A DNA stretch of 64,000 nt from a bacterium (GTDB lineage: Bacteria; UBA8248). The position numbers were made by a program, and so were the translations under genes. Position 1 is the first letter of the stretch, and each line of letters begins with the position of its first letter. Of this stretch, positions 38,181-48,323 are shown one piece after another. The stretch is from assembly GCA_965213625.1 (NCBI GenBank), contig CBDBZU010000004.1, positions 1,376,001 to 1,440,000 on the forward strand, read 5' to 3'. Under the pieces are notes generated by a model that had not been told where the DNA came from, did not search any database, and was given only the letters and a program-made list of their open reading frames with translations.

Positions 38181-38602
38181 GCCGGCAGACGCCCATAGAC
38201 GCGCTCGGGCGTGACCAGCACGGCCACCGCGCCCTGGTCCACCATCGCCTGGTCGTATTCCTCCCAGTCGGGATGGTCCGAATCTCCGCAGGCGCGAAAC
38301 ACCTCGCGGAACATCACGCGCATTTCCTCTTTTTCGGTGTTTTCGTAGTCGAAGAGTCTGGCCTTGCCCTCCACGCTCACCCAGGTGCGCCAGTCGGGGG
38401 TGACGTAGAGTACCGTGCACTGCGGGTTCTTGCGCAGGTACCCCAGCTTCACCGACCAGCCGCGCACGATGACGAACGCGGCGCAATCCTCATACGCCCC
38501 GCACACGATAATGCTCGACTGCGCCGTGCCGTCCGGCCTCAAGCTCGTGACCATGCCCTTGTGGTTTTTCTCCATAAACGGCCTTGCATCTTCGAAGTTC
38601 AT
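38177..38602 (-). CDS. Pyridoxamine 5'-phosphate oxidase-like split-barrel protein (PPOX/F420-dependent class)
   Basis: LRPDG..Q.S, K...LR.NP, VSVEG.A, HPDWEEYDQAMV. Confidence 0.75.
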   Translation of the reverse strand: MNFEDARPFMEKNHKGMVTSLRPDGTAQSSIIVCGAYEDCAAFVIVRGWSVKLGYLRKNPQCTVLYVTPDWRTWVSVEGKARLFDYENTEKEEMRVMFREVFRACGDSDHPDWEEYDQAMVDQGAVAVLVTPERVYGRLPA

Positions 38603-38690
38603 GAGATACCTCGCTAAGAATGAGAGATAAGGATGTTTTCGCCATTGTAGCAAATTTCGTGAATGAACGACGCAATAAGGAGAGCTGCCG

Positions 38691-39218
38691 ATGAGCCGTC
38701 TCGCACCGCTTGAACCTGAATCCATGCCGCCCCGCCAGAGAGAAGCCTATGAGGATCTCATCGCCAACCAGCGCGGCGGCGTGCGCGGGCCTTTCGGGGT
38801 CTGGTTGAGAAGCCCCGGCCTCGTCATCGCCCTGCGCAATCTCATGAAGTTTTATTATGAGGAAAGCGTCATCACCGAAGACATCCGCGAACTCGCCATC
38901 ATCATCACCACCCGCCACATGGGAGCGACCTACGCCTACTCCGCGCACGAGGCGCAGGCTCTCGCCAGCGGTCTGACGCCCGCCCTCGTGGCCGCCGTAA
39001 TGGCGGGGGAAACGCCCACCGGGGGCACCCCCCTCGAGCTTTGCGTCTACAGGTATTGCACCGAATTGCTCGAAACCAAAAAGGCGTCGGACGCCGCTTA
39101 CCAGGAGGCGTTCTCTCTATTGGGCGAGAAGGGCGTGGTCGACCTCACCGCCCTCGTGGGCTTTTATACGGCCATCTCCCTGACACTCAACGCCTTCGAG
39201 ATTCCACCCGTGACGTGA
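38691..39218 (+). CDS. Carboxymuconolactone decarboxylase/AhpD-like protein
   Basis: RGGVRGPFGVWLRSP, RELAI, GVVDL..LVGFY...LNAF. Confidence 0.85.
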   Translation: MSRLAPLEPESMPPRQREAYEDLIANQRGGVRGPFGVWLRSPGLVIALRNLMKFYYEESVITEDIRELAIIITTRHMGATYAYSAHEAQALASGLTPALVAAVMAGETPTGGTPLELCVYRYCTELLETKKASDAAYQEAFSLLGEKGVVDLTALVGFYTAISLTLNAFEIPPVT

Positions 39219-39307
39219 GGTGATATAGTCCTCATAAGGGGCCATCAACATTTTGACGTGTTATGTGTGGTGAAAAATTCTGGAGTGAAGCGGCACGGTG
39301 CGCCCTC

Positions 39308-40840
39308 TCACTCAGGCGCTCTGCCGCTTTTCTGCGTCATGCTCAAGAGTCGCGCCTCAATTTCCCCGCTCCATGCGCCCTCCTGCATCCGCCAGACCCA
39401 GTTGCCATCCGGGACGCCGGGGCGGTTCATGCGGGCATCGTTGCCGAGACCCAGCACGTCCTGAGCGGGGAAGATGGCGAGCGCGGCCTGTGATTTCATC
39501 GCCGCGCGAATCATAGACCAGTGGATGTCCTCGGGTTCGCCCCCGAAGGTCCTGAGCGCCGTGGCGCGCGAGATGGCGAAGCCTGCAGGCGTTTCGTTGC
39601 GCAGAATCGGGTCCGCGCCGTAGAACCAGCCCAAGGCGGTGTCGTTGTCGTGCGTGCCGGTGTAGACGACCGCGTTCTCGGGAATGTTGTGGGGGAGATG
39701 GGGGTTGTCCGGGCTGCCATCAAAGGCGAACTGCAGCACGCGCATGCTCGGCAGACCGAAGCGGTCCCGCAGGGCGTGCACGTCGTCACCCACCGATCCT
39801 AAGTCCTCGGCGATGAGCGGCAGCGCGCCCAATTCCTCCTCGAGGGCGCTGAAAATAGCCTCTCCCGGTCCTTCGCGCCAGGCGCCGTCTTTGGGTGATT
39901 CCGCATCCGCCGGGATCGCCCAGAAGCGCGCGAAGCCGATGAAGTGATCGAGGCGCAAGGCGTCGAACCTTGAGACGTTCACGGCCAGGCGCATCTTCCA
40001 CCAGGCGAAATTCTCATCAAAGTGCGCGGCCCAGTCATACAGGGGGTTCCCCCAGTGCTGGCCCTCCTGGTTGAAGTAATCGGGCGGCGCGCCGGCGTAG
40101 GCGCTCGGGCGGCGTGATTCATCGAGTTCGAACAAGTGCGTTCTCGCCCATACGTCCGCCGAATCATGGGCGACGTAGATGGGGATGTCGCCGATCAATC
40201 CGACCCCAATGCCTGCGGCGTGGTCCTTTAGCGCGCGCCATTGGCGTTCGAAGACGAACTGCTCGAAATGTGTGTAGCGGATGTTCTTATCGAACGCAGG
40301 GTCATCGGGGTCCTTATGATTCGCGTCCTCGGGCCATTCCCACCAGGGGGAGCCGCCGAAAGCGCGCTTGAACGCACGGAACCTCGCGTAATCGGCGAGC
40401 CAGCCGGCTTGCGCCTCGCAAAACTCCGTGTATGCCGCGTCGTTCGCTCCGCCTCCATTCGAGAACGCCGCGAACGCTTTTTCGAGCATCGACTCATGGG
40501 CCTGGAGCGCTTGCGCCGGTTCGGTTAGTTCATCGGAGGTAGAACTGCGATTTTCCATATCTTTCGGGGAGAGCAGGCCATCTTCTTTGAGCCTTTCGAG
40601 CGATATCAGCAGCGGGTTTCCCGCAAACGTGGATGAGGAGACATAAGGGGAGCCCGTCTCGTCCGTGGGGCACACGGGCAACATCTGCCACCAGCTCTGG
40701 CCGGAGGATGCAAGGTTATCGACGAACTCGAACGCCCTGGGGCCCAGATCGCCGAAGCCTGTCTCGCTCGGCAACGAGGTGGGGTGCAGCAGGATGCCGC
40801 TTTTTCTGGCGTGAAACGGATTCGTCGTACTCATACCCAA
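39308..40840 (-). CDS. malQ: 4-alpha-glucanotransferase (amylomaltase, GH77)
   Basis: GILLHPTSLP, GDIPIYV..DSADVW, GQHWGNPLY, LRLDHFIG, IAEDLG, YTGTHDNDT, MNRPG...NW. Confidence 0.95.
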   Translation of the reverse strand: MGMSTTNPFHARKSGILLHPTSLPSETGFGDLGPRAFEFVDNLASSGQSWWQMLPVCPTDETGSPYVSSSTFAGNPLLISLERLKEDGLLSPKDMENRSSTSDELTEPAQALQAHESMLEKAFAAFSNGGGANDAAYTEFCEAQAGWLADYARFRAFKRAFGGSPWWEWPEDANHKDPDDPAFDKNIRYTHFEQFVFERQWRALKDHAAGIGVGLIGDIPIYVAHDSADVWARTHLFELDESRRPSAYAGAPPDYFNQEGQHWGNPLYDWAAHFDENFAWWKMRLAVNVSRFDALRLDHFIGFARFWAIPADAESPKDGAWREGPGEAIFSALEEELGALPLIAEDLGSVGDDVHALRDRFGLPSMRVLQFAFDGSPDNPHLPHNIPENAVVYTGTHDNDTALGWFYGADPILRNETPAGFAISRATALRTFGGEPEDIHWSMIRAAMKSQAALAIFPAQDVLGLGNDARMNRPGVPDGNWVWRMQEGAWSGEIEARLLSMTQKSGRAPE

Positions 40841-40969
40841 AGCTCAATTCCCAGGAGAAGTATTCCGCACCTTCACTCCACCTTGTGTAGCGCGCGGCGC
40901 CGGATTCACCACCTCCCTACTCATATGGCACGGCGCGGCCCAAATGTTCAAGCCCCGGAGGGTTATGAG

Positions 40970-42070
40970 CTAGTGTCCCTCTCCCAGGGGGAGCTTCACG
41001 GCGTCGCCGGTGCGCGACGATTCCTCCATGGCGATGGTCACCTCGAGCGTCTGGCGCGCGTCCTCCGCCGTGGCGAGATGACAGGGCCGCCCCGTTGCGA
41101 GGTGGTCCAGCCAGTTCCTCGTCTCATCGCCGATGGGCCCGTACATGGTGTCGAGCGCCCAGTCGCCCGACGACGTGCTGCCCAGAAAAACCATCGGCAG
41201 ATTGTGGTCGGGAACATAGGCGTGCGGGTAGCCCTTTTCGGTGTAGAGGATGTTCTCCTTGTGATCCTCATCGAAGAGCATCACGCCGTCCGTGCCGATG
41301 ACTTCCAGGCGGATGCTCTGCCCGGCGGTAGGGTATTTCGCGGGCAGCGCGTAGCAGATGCCCAGGTTCACGGTCGCGCCGTCGGCGAAGGTGATGATCG
41401 ACCAGCTCACGTCGTCCACCTTCGGATACCCCGCCTCCTTGAAGACGAAGCCTCCTCCCCGGCATATCACCTCCACCGGCGGGTTACCTTCCATGAACCA
41501 GCACATCATGTCGACCCAGTAGGTGAGCACGTCGAGAACGGGTGTGGCGTCCGCCGAGCGTTTTAATATCTCGAATGCCTGCGCCCTGGTGTTGAATACG
41601 CGGCCCGTTGCGCCGATGAGCCGCCCCAGGCGGCCTTCCTTTATCTGTTCTTTCCCCAGGAAATAGCGCCGTTTGTAGCGCATGATGTAGCCCACCCGCA
41701 GGTCGGTTTCGTATTTCTCCGCAGTGGTGAGCAGTCGGTCGGCGTCTTCAAGCGTCATGGCGATGGGCTTTTCCACCAGAACGGGCTTGCCGAGTTCCAG
41801 CGCTTGAAGCACAGGCTCCACGTGCGCGAACTCGGAAGTCGAGACGATGACGGCGCCGACGTCGGGGTGGGAGATGACCTCCTCGTTGCTTCCAGACACC
41901 ACCTGCGCCCCCACACGGGAGCCCAGGGCCTTCGCGCGCTCGGGCTCGGCATCCGAGATGGCGAGAAAGCGGACGGCGGGGTGCTGCGCGGCGAGGCGCG
42001 AGCGGTGCGTGCCGATGCGTCCGGCGCCCACGACGGCGACGCCGAGTTCGTTCCTGTCGAAAAGCGCCAA
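40970..42070 (-). CDS. Gfo/Idh/MocA family oxidoreductase
   Basis: VVGAGRIG, VLVEKP, VGYIMRY. Confidence 0.88.
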   Translation of the reverse strand: MALFDRNELGVAVVGAGRIGTHRSRLAAQHPAVRFLAISDAEPERAKALGSRVGAQVVSGSNEEVISHPDVGAVIVSTSEFAHVEPVLQALELGKPVLVEKPIAMTLEDADRLLTTAEKYETDLRVGYIMRYKRRYFLGKEQIKEGRLGRLIGATGRVFNTRAQAFEILKRSADATPVLDVLTYWVDMMCWFMEGNPPVEVICRGGGFVFKEAGYPKVDDVSWSIITFADGATVNLGICYALPAKYPTAGQSIRLEVIGTDGVMLFDEDHKENILYTEKGYPHAYVPDHNLPMVFLGSTSSGDWALDTMYGPIGDETRNWLDHLATGRPCHLATAEDARQTLEVTIAMEESSRTGDAVKLPLGEGH

Positions 42071-42227
42071 AGCAAGCCTCCTGAATGATGTCGGTTGGAA
42101 ACGGCGCGGGCATTCTACGCCGCGCGTCTCCTGCCTTCAATCGGGGTCGCGAGTCGCGGAAGGCGAGGCATCGTTTTGATTATTCTTGTATTTTCAGGCT
42201 TCTTGGCGGATTCGAGAGAAGCGCGTC

Positions 42228-43448
42228 TCAAAGAAGCAGGCGGTCGTCCATGCGCGAGCGCGTCAGCACCTCGTGTCCCTCTTCGGTGATGAGCACCGTC
42301 TCCTCGATGCGCACGCCGCCGCCTCCGGGCACGTCGGGCACCCAGATGAGCGGCTCGATGGCGAACACCATCCCCGGTTCCAGATCGACTTCTTCAGAAT
42401 CGGGGTCCGGTTCTCCGATGTAGGGTGGCTCGTTGGGCGAGGTGCCCAGCGCGTGGCCGATGCTGAGTGAGAACCAGTTCTTCCGCAAGCCGTATTTCTC
42501 GCCCGTCTCCCAGATTCGTTCGGCCACCTGTTTGTTCGTGAAGCCCGGACGCGTGCGCTCGAGCCCCAACTGCAGGGCTTCGTGCACGGCGGTGTAGATT
42601 TCCTTTTGCCGCTTCGAGGGTTTCCCGCAGATCATCGTGCGGGCCACGTCACCGAAGTACCCGTTCCACTGCGCGCCGATGTCGATGAACACCATGTCAC
42701 CGCTGCGAATAATCTTGTCGCTCGCGAAGCGGTAGGGGGGCGACATGTGCTCGCCCGAGGCGACGAAGGGGGAGACCAGATGCGCCATTTCGCCCCCGTA
42801 GTGGTGGAGCACCTTCATGGCGTCGGCGGCCACGTCGCACTCGCGCTTTCCGGCCCGCACGCTGTCCATCGCCTCCTCGTTCACGGCGTCGGCTATCGCG
42901 CAGGCCTCGCGGATCATGTAGACCTCCTCGGACATCTTGTGCCGGCGCACCCTGTGCATGAACGAATCGCCGTTCACGAACTCCACGTCGTCCAGGTGCT
43001 TCTGGTAGGCGCTGAACTGAATGAACGTCATCAAGTCGAGTCCCACCCGTTTGCCGATGAGGCCCAGTTCCTCGAAGAGGGGGCGCAGCGTCTCGCGGAT
43101 CATCTTGTCCACGAGGGGCTGTTCCTCCATCTTCGCGAGGTGGTGGAATTTCTCAATCCAGGGCATGTCGCGCGAGACGCGGGGTATCTCGCCCCCGTTG
43201 GTCATGACGTGCGCTCTACCCTCCTGAGGGAGGATGACGGCGTTTCTCGTTCCCTCGCGGTGCGCCAGAAAAGAAGACCTCATGCTCGTGAGGTAGCGCA
43301 CGTTCTCGACCTTCCAGAGGAAAAGGGCGTCGATATCCTGCTCCGCCATCGCCTTTTGCGCCTTGTCCACGCGCTTTTGGCGAAGCGCGCCCACGTCGAC
43401 GCGCTCCTCGTAGTCGACGTTGAATTGGCCCCGCGCGAATCCCGGCAT
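42228..43448 (-). CDS. M24 family Xaa-Pro peptidase-like protein
   Basis: DIG...GYFGD, GHALG...EPP, AIEP, GVRIEE. Confidence 0.88.
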   Translation of the reverse strand: MPGFARGQFNVDYEERVDVGALRQKRVDKAQKAMAEQDIDALFLWKVENVRYLTSMRSSFLAHREGTRNAVILPQEGRAHVMTNGGEIPRVSRDMPWIEKFHHLAKMEEQPLVDKMIRETLRPLFEELGLIGKRVGLDLMTFIQFSAYQKHLDDVEFVNGDSFMHRVRRHKMSEEVYMIREACAIADAVNEEAMDSVRAGKRECDVAADAMKVLHHYGGEMAHLVSPFVASGEHMSPPYRFASDKIIRSGDMVFIDIGAQWNGYFGDVARTMICGKPSKRQKEIYTAVHEALQLGLERTRPGFTNKQVAERIWETGEKYGLRKNWFSLSIGHALGTSPNEPPYIGEPDPDSEEVDLEPGMVFAIEPLIWVPDVPGGGGVRIEETVLITEEGHEVLTRSRMDDRLLL

Positions 43449-43520
43449 GAGTTTCCTCTCCTCTGGCGGGACGCCCTTGCTCTGCGTCCCAATAGTTTCT
43501 TGGCAAAATTCGGATTGTTC

Positions 43521-43901
43521 TTAAGGTTCTTCCACCAGTTCGATCACGACGTTATCGGGCGCGATGATGAATGCCGTCCTCGAACCCAGAACGCCGTCCC
43601 CCGGTTTTTTCGTGAAGACGACGCCTGCTTTCTCGAGGCGTTCGGCCACTTCGTCGATGCCGTCCACCTGGATTCCGAAGTGGTGGAGTCCGCGGCCCAC
43701 CTTCGCCATGGAATCGTCCTCATCGGCTCTCAGGCCGCGTATGCGGATTTCCACCTCACCGAGCATGACGCTGATGTAGGGAGATCCCCGGTATTCAATC
43801 TCGGGCGTGTAAAGCTCGCCGCCGAAGTGGTTGATGTAGAAATCCGCCGCCGCCTGGGGGTCCTTGGCGACGTGGTGCACGTGATGGGTTCGTGAGGCCA
43901 C
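43521..43901 (-). CDS. VOC (glyoxalase-like) family protein
   Basis: HHVH, GLHHFG, FIIAPDNVVIELVE. Confidence 0.88.
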   Translation of the reverse strand: MASRTHHVHHVAKDPQAAADFYINHFGGELYTPEIEYRGSPYISVMLGEVEIRIRGLRADEDDSMAKVGRGLHHFGIQVDGIDEVAERLEKAGVVFTKKPGDGVLGSRTAFIIAPDNVVIELVEEP

Positions 43902-43936
43902 CCTGTTTCCTCCCTTGTTGGTGATGGGTTCAGAGC

Positions 43937-45214
43937 CTAGAGGCCGTCTCCGACGGCGACGTATGCGCCGCCGGGCACGGGATTCTCATCGTCGTTTCGC
44001 GCGCCCCACTGGCCGGTGATGGCGTACATCGCCCGCACCTTCTTCATGTTGTTTCCGCCGTCGCTCGAGAAGAGCATGTTGTGCGTATCGCGGAACCATT
44101 TCTCCAGGAAATTTTCGCGCTGCACGCCCACGCCCGCGTGTATCTCCATCGCCATCTTCGTGACGTCGCAGGAGATCTCGTGCGCGAAGGCGCTGGCGGT
44201 GAGCGTCATGGGCGGGTCGATGGGAATCTCGTGGCGCATGTCCTGACGCCATGCCGCGTAGTGCACGTAGGCGCGCGCCGCCTGGATTTTCGTGTACATG
44301 TCGACGAGCTTGATGCCGACCGATTGGTGATGCGCGATGGGGCGTCCGCTCTGGTGCCGGTTTTGCGCGAATTCGAGCGATTTCTCATACGCCGCGCGCG
44401 CCACGCCAATCTGGCCCGCCGCGTTGATGAGGGCGTCGCCGCGCAGGTGCCGCCTGATGTAGGAGACGCCGCAGTTCTCGGGTCCCAGGCGGTATTTCGC
44501 GGGGACTATCGCGTTATCGAAGATGATCTCCGCGTTCTGGTTCAGGCGGTAGCCCATCTTGTTGTGTACCTTGCCCATCTTCACGCCGGGCGCGTCCATC
44601 GGCACCATGAGAAGGGAAGCGCCCTGCTCGACGCCCACATCGGGATTCGTGCGCACGAACGTGAACATCAGCCGCGCCCAGCCCACGTTCGAAATGAAGT
44701 GCTTCTTCCCGTTCACGATGTAGTTGTCGCCGTCGAGCACGGCGGTGGTCTGGTATCCGCCGTCCGCTCCGTTGTAGGGAATCTGGTTCTCGGAACCCGA
44801 GGCGGGCTCGGTCGTCGCCGTGCCGATGAGGAACGTGGGGTCGCTCACGTACTCGCGCATCCAGTAGTCCGCCAGTTCCGCGTCTCCCAGAAGCTCGCTC
44901 GCGAGGATGTGGGAGATCTTCGTGGAAGACAGCATGAACCCCGTGGCGCCCCTGTCGCCCCAGGAAATCTCCTCGCCCACGATGCAGTGGGTGAGCAGGT
45001 CTTCCACACCGCCGCCGCCGTATTCCTTTGGGATGCTCATTGTTCTGAGGCCCGTCTTGTCGAGTTTTTCGAGAAGATGGGGCATGTAGGCGCAATTGAG
45101 CGGGTCCTGCTGATGGTCCAGCTCCAGGCTGATGGGCCGGATTTCATCCCGCGCGAATTCATGCGCAATCCTTTGATATTCTTGTTGTTCATCCGTCATT
45201 CGGTAGTCGAACAT
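43937..45214 (-). CDS. Acyl-CoA dehydrogenase family protein
   Basis: TEPASGS, VNGKKHFISN, KMGYR, HAGVG, EKWFRD. Confidence 0.88.
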   Translation of the reverse strand: MFDYRMTDEQQEYQRIAHEFARDEIRPISLELDHQQDPLNCAYMPHLLEKLDKTGLRTMSIPKEYGGGGVEDLLTHCIVGEEISWGDRGATGFMLSSTKISHILASELLGDAELADYWMREYVSDPTFLIGTATTEPASGSENQIPYNGADGGYQTTAVLDGDNYIVNGKKHFISNVGWARLMFTFVRTNPDVGVEQGASLLMVPMDAPGVKMGKVHNKMGYRLNQNAEIIFDNAIVPAKYRLGPENCGVSYIRRHLRGDALINAAGQIGVARAAYEKSLEFAQNRHQSGRPIAHHQSVGIKLVDMYTKIQAARAYVHYAAWRQDMRHEIPIDPPMTLTASAFAHEISCDVTKMAMEIHAGVGVQRENFLEKWFRDTHNMLFSSDGGNNMKKVRAMYAITGQWGARNDDENPVPGGAYVAVGDGL

Positions 45215-45268
45215 GGGTCTCCTTCCTTCCAGTGATGGGCGGGTCTACCCCGCCGGAGCCATTTGCGT

Positions 45269-46300
45269 CTAGTCGTCTTCTTCTAGTATCTCCGCCACTT
45301 CCACGGGCTCACCGCGCTCCCATGAGCGCATGGCCGCCCACACGGCGCCAAGAACGTGAAGTCCTTCCGCTCCGCCCACCTCGGGTGGACGCTTTTCCCG
45401 GACGGCGCCTGCGAAATCCTTGAATTCCTCAATCAGGTAATCCTGCCGGGGGTATTCCTCATAAGGGATTTCCTCACGTTTCTCCCCGTCTTTTTTGAGG
45501 ATTTTGATGCCCTCCCACCTGTCGTGGTAGAGGTTCGCCTCATCCCCGTATGCGTTCATGAAGTAGGTATATCGCCCGTTCGGCGTGCGCGGACTGATGA
45601 AGCTCGTCCCCAGGGTGCCGAGCAGGCCGGATTCGAACTCGAACCATACGACGCTCACATCGGGGATTTCCGATTTCGTCTTAATCTTGCTGAACGCCGC
45701 CGACGCGCGCTTTATCGGCCCGTAGAGATAGAGCAGGTTGTCCACCTGGTGGATGGCCACCTGGAGCAGCGGGCCGCCGGGGGAGCCTTCCGCGTACCAT
45801 TGCCAGTTGTCCGGCGTGTAGTGGAGCCCCCGGTCGTTCGAGTAGTTGGTTTCGGCCATCGCGAGAGTGCCGATGGTTCCCTCATCGAGCATTTGCTTGA
45901 AGAGACGATGGCCTCTGAGCCATCTCGAGCTCGCGCCGACCGCGAGGGTGACACCAGCGTCCTCGCAGGCGCGGATCATCTTTTTGGCGTCCGCGATGGA
46001 GGCGGCGATCGGCTTGTCGACGAGTACGTGCTTTCCCTGCTCGGCGGCCGTCATCGCAAGTTCGGCGTGCTTGTTGTTGGGCGCCGCTATGACCACGGCG
46101 TCCACCTCGGGGTGGCGGACAACCGCCTCGTAGCTCTCCTCTTCACCGCATGAGAATTTTTCGCTGAACGCCTTTCGTTTTTCGGGCGTCCTGGTGAAGC
46201 ACGTGGTGATTTTCATCCCGGGCGTTCTTTCGATATAGGACGCCAGTGTGTTGCCCCAGCGGCCCAGCCCGACCACGGCCACCCTCAATGGATCGCTCAT
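45269..46300 (-). CDS. Gfo/Idh/MocA family oxidoreductase
   Basis: VGLGRWG, HVLVDKP, GGPLLQVAIHQVD. Confidence 0.88.
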   Translation of the reverse strand: MSDPLRVAVVGLGRWGNTLASYIERTPGMKITTCFTRTPEKRKAFSEKFSCGEEESYEAVVRHPEVDAVVIAAPNNKHAELAMTAAEQGKHVLVDKPIAASIADAKKMIRACEDAGVTLAVGASSRWLRGHRLFKQMLDEGTIGTLAMAETNYSNDRGLHYTPDNWQWYAEGSPGGPLLQVAIHQVDNLLYLYGPIKRASAAFSKIKTKSEIPDVSVVWFEFESGLLGTLGTSFISPRTPNGRYTYFMNAYGDEANLYHDRWEGIKILKKDGEKREEIPYEEYPRQDYLIEEFKDFAGAVREKRPPEVGGAEGLHVLGAVWAAMRSWERGEPVEVAEILEEDD

Positions 46301-46328
46301 CAGGTATTTCTCCTCATTCCGTAATGAC

Positions 46329-47234
46329 TCATAACGATTTCAAGCGCGGGTCCAGCACGTTTCTCAGCCAATCGCCCACCAGGTTCGCACCCAGCACCGT
46401 CACCGTAATCGCCAGACCGGGCAGGGTGACGACCCACCAGGATGTATAGAGATGCACCTTCCCGTCGCTGAGCAGCCCACCCCAGGTGGGCGTGGGCGGC
46501 GGTACGCCGAGACCCAGGAAGCTCAGACCCGCCTCGATGATGATCATCCGCCCCAGGTACAGGGACGCGATGATGATGACGGGCGCCAGTACGTTCGGGA
46601 GTATATGGCGGACGATGATGCGGAAATGACTCCCGCCGATGCTCCGCGCCGCCTGGACGAACTCCTGCTCGCGCAGCGTGAGCACCTCGCCGCGCACGAC
46701 GCGGGCGTAGATGACCCAGATGCGCATCGACATCACGAGTATCAACACGACCAGGCTCGGCCCCACGATGGCGATGGTCGCCAGGGCCAGCAGTATGAAC
46801 GGAAATGAGAGCACCAGGTCCACGAGCCGCATGAGCAGAAAATCCACCTTTCCGCCGAAATAACCCGCCACCAGACCCACGCAAAGTCCAAAACATCCCG
46901 TGAGCAAAACGGCGAAAAAGCCCACCAGCAGTGAGATGCGCGCGCCGTATATCAGCCTGCTCAGAAAATCTCGCCCCAGGTGGTCCGTGCCGAGCAGATA
47001 GATTTGCTGGCCGTCCGACCACATGGGCGGTTTGAGGTTCCTGTCCAGGAGTTGCGCCTGGGGGTCCATGGGCGCGAGCAGCGGCGCGAATACGGCCATC
47101 ACCACCACTGTTATGAGAATAATGCAGCCCAGGAGTGCGGATTTGTCCTTCCACAGGAGCGCCCATATCCTCGGGCGATCGGGGAGTTCCTCGATCTCCA
47201 TGGAATCCTGAAATGTGAGCGCTTGTTCTCTCAT
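46329..47234 (-). CDS. Dpp/Opp ABC transporter permease (DppC-like)
   Basis: LGTDHLGRD..SRL.YGARISL, EAA loop, EAGLSFLGLG; true start MREQ overlaps the dppB stop. Confidence 0.92.
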   Translation of the reverse strand: MREQALTFQDSMEIEELPDRPRIWALLWKDKSALLGCIILITVVVMAVFAPLLAPMDPQAQLLDRNLKPPMWSDGQQIYLLGTDHLGRDFLSRLIYGARISLLVGFFAVLLTGCFGLCVGLVAGYFGGKVDFLLMRLVDLVLSFPFILLALATIAIVGPSLVVLILVMSMRIWVIYARVVRGEVLTLREQEFVQAARSIGGSHFRIIVRHILPNVLAPVIIIASLYLGRMIIIEAGLSFLGLGVPPPTPTWGGLLSDGKVHLYTSWWVVTLPGLAITVTVLGANLVGDWLRNVLDPRLKSL

Positions 47235-48148
47235 TCGTATGAAATCCTGGGGTCGAGATAGGCGTAGACGAGGTCCACCGTCAGGTTGATGATCACGAAC
47301 CCCGACGCCAGAAGAAACACGGCGGCCTGGACGATCGGAAAATCGCGATTGGCGATCGAATCGACCACCAGGCGCCCGACCCCCGGCCATGCGAAAACGA
47401 CCTCGATAATAACGGTTCCGCCGAGCAGAATCCCCAAATCCAGTCCCATGACGGTCACGATGGGAATCGAGGAGTTCTTTAAGGCGTGAACCATGAGCAC
47501 GATTTTTTCGCTCAGCCCCTTCGCCCGCGCCGTCGTAATGTAGTCCTGGCGGAGCACTTCGAGCATCTGGGAGCGCATGAGCCTCGCGAGCCGGGCGAGG
47601 TGATACGTGGAGGCGGCGAAAGCCGGCATGATGAAGTGCTCCCACCCCCCGCGCCCGAAAGAGGGCAGAAGCCCCAGTGTCACCGAGAAGAACATGATGA
47701 ACATGATCGCCAGCCAGAAATCTGGAATCGCCTGCATCAGCACCGTGATGCCTACGCACCCCTTGTCGTAGGATGAGCCTTCTTTGAAAGCCGCCAGACA
47801 GCCGAATGGAATTCCGATGACGACGGCGAAAACGAAGGCCCCGACCGCCATCTCAATCGTCGCCGGGAAATGCTCCAGAACGAGGCCCATGGCCGATTCG
47901 CCGTGTTCGGTGGATTCCCCGAAATTCCCCTGCAGCGCGTTTTTCAGGAAACGCCAGTACTGCACGTGGAGCGGCTGGTCGAACCCCATGAGTTTTCTCA
48001 AGTGTTCGATGTCTTCGTGGGTCGCATCGGTGTCGAGCATCACCAGGACGGGGTCGCCCGTCATGTGAAGCAGGAGAAACACGATGATCATGACGCACTT
48101 GAGGAGGACTACCGCCTGAATCAAGCGCTTGAAGACATATCCGGCCAT
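47231..48148 (-). CDS. Dpp/Opp ABC transporter permease (DppB-like)
   Basis: GDP, DYITTARAKGL, EVVFAWPGVG, YAYLDPRI. Confidence 0.92.
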   Translation of the reverse strand: MAGYVFKRLIQAVVLLKCVMIIVFLLLHMTGDPVLVMLDTDATHEDIEHLRKLMGFDQPLHVQYWRFLKNALQGNFGESTEHGESAMGLVLEHFPATIEMAVGAFVFAVVIGIPFGCLAAFKEGSSYDKGCVGITVLMQAIPDFWLAIMFIMFFSVTLGLLPSFGRGGWEHFIMPAFAASTYHLARLARLMRSQMLEVLRQDYITTARAKGLSEKIVLMVHALKNSSIPIVTVMGLDLGILLGGTVIIEVVFAWPGVGRLVVDSIANRDFPIVQAAVFLLASGFVIINLTVDLVYAYLDPRISYE

Positions 48149-48258
48149 AGGAACACCCAGAGACAAGGAACGGAATTATTTCATTTCGAGGACGACTTGC
48201 GCCGCTCTGCCGGAGGATTGAGACCGACACCAACCCGCGGCAGGAGTTTCGCGAACGC

Positions 48259-48298
48259 CTCCGGCCAGGGCGGGGTTAATGCCCGCACCCGGCCGGAG
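48259..48298 (-). terminator. GC-rich stem-loop between the SBP and permease genes (terminator or mRNA stabiliser)
   Basis: CTCCGGCC...GGCCGGAG inverted repeat just downstream of the dppA stop; no U-tract. Confidence 0.45.
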
Positions 48299-48323
48299 CT
48301 TCGTTTCGAATTAAAGGTCGTTT

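Noticed and set aside
47235-47759. N-terminal extension of the 476-aa DppC ORF
   Set aside because: It overlaps dppB in another frame; the real start is MREQ at 47234
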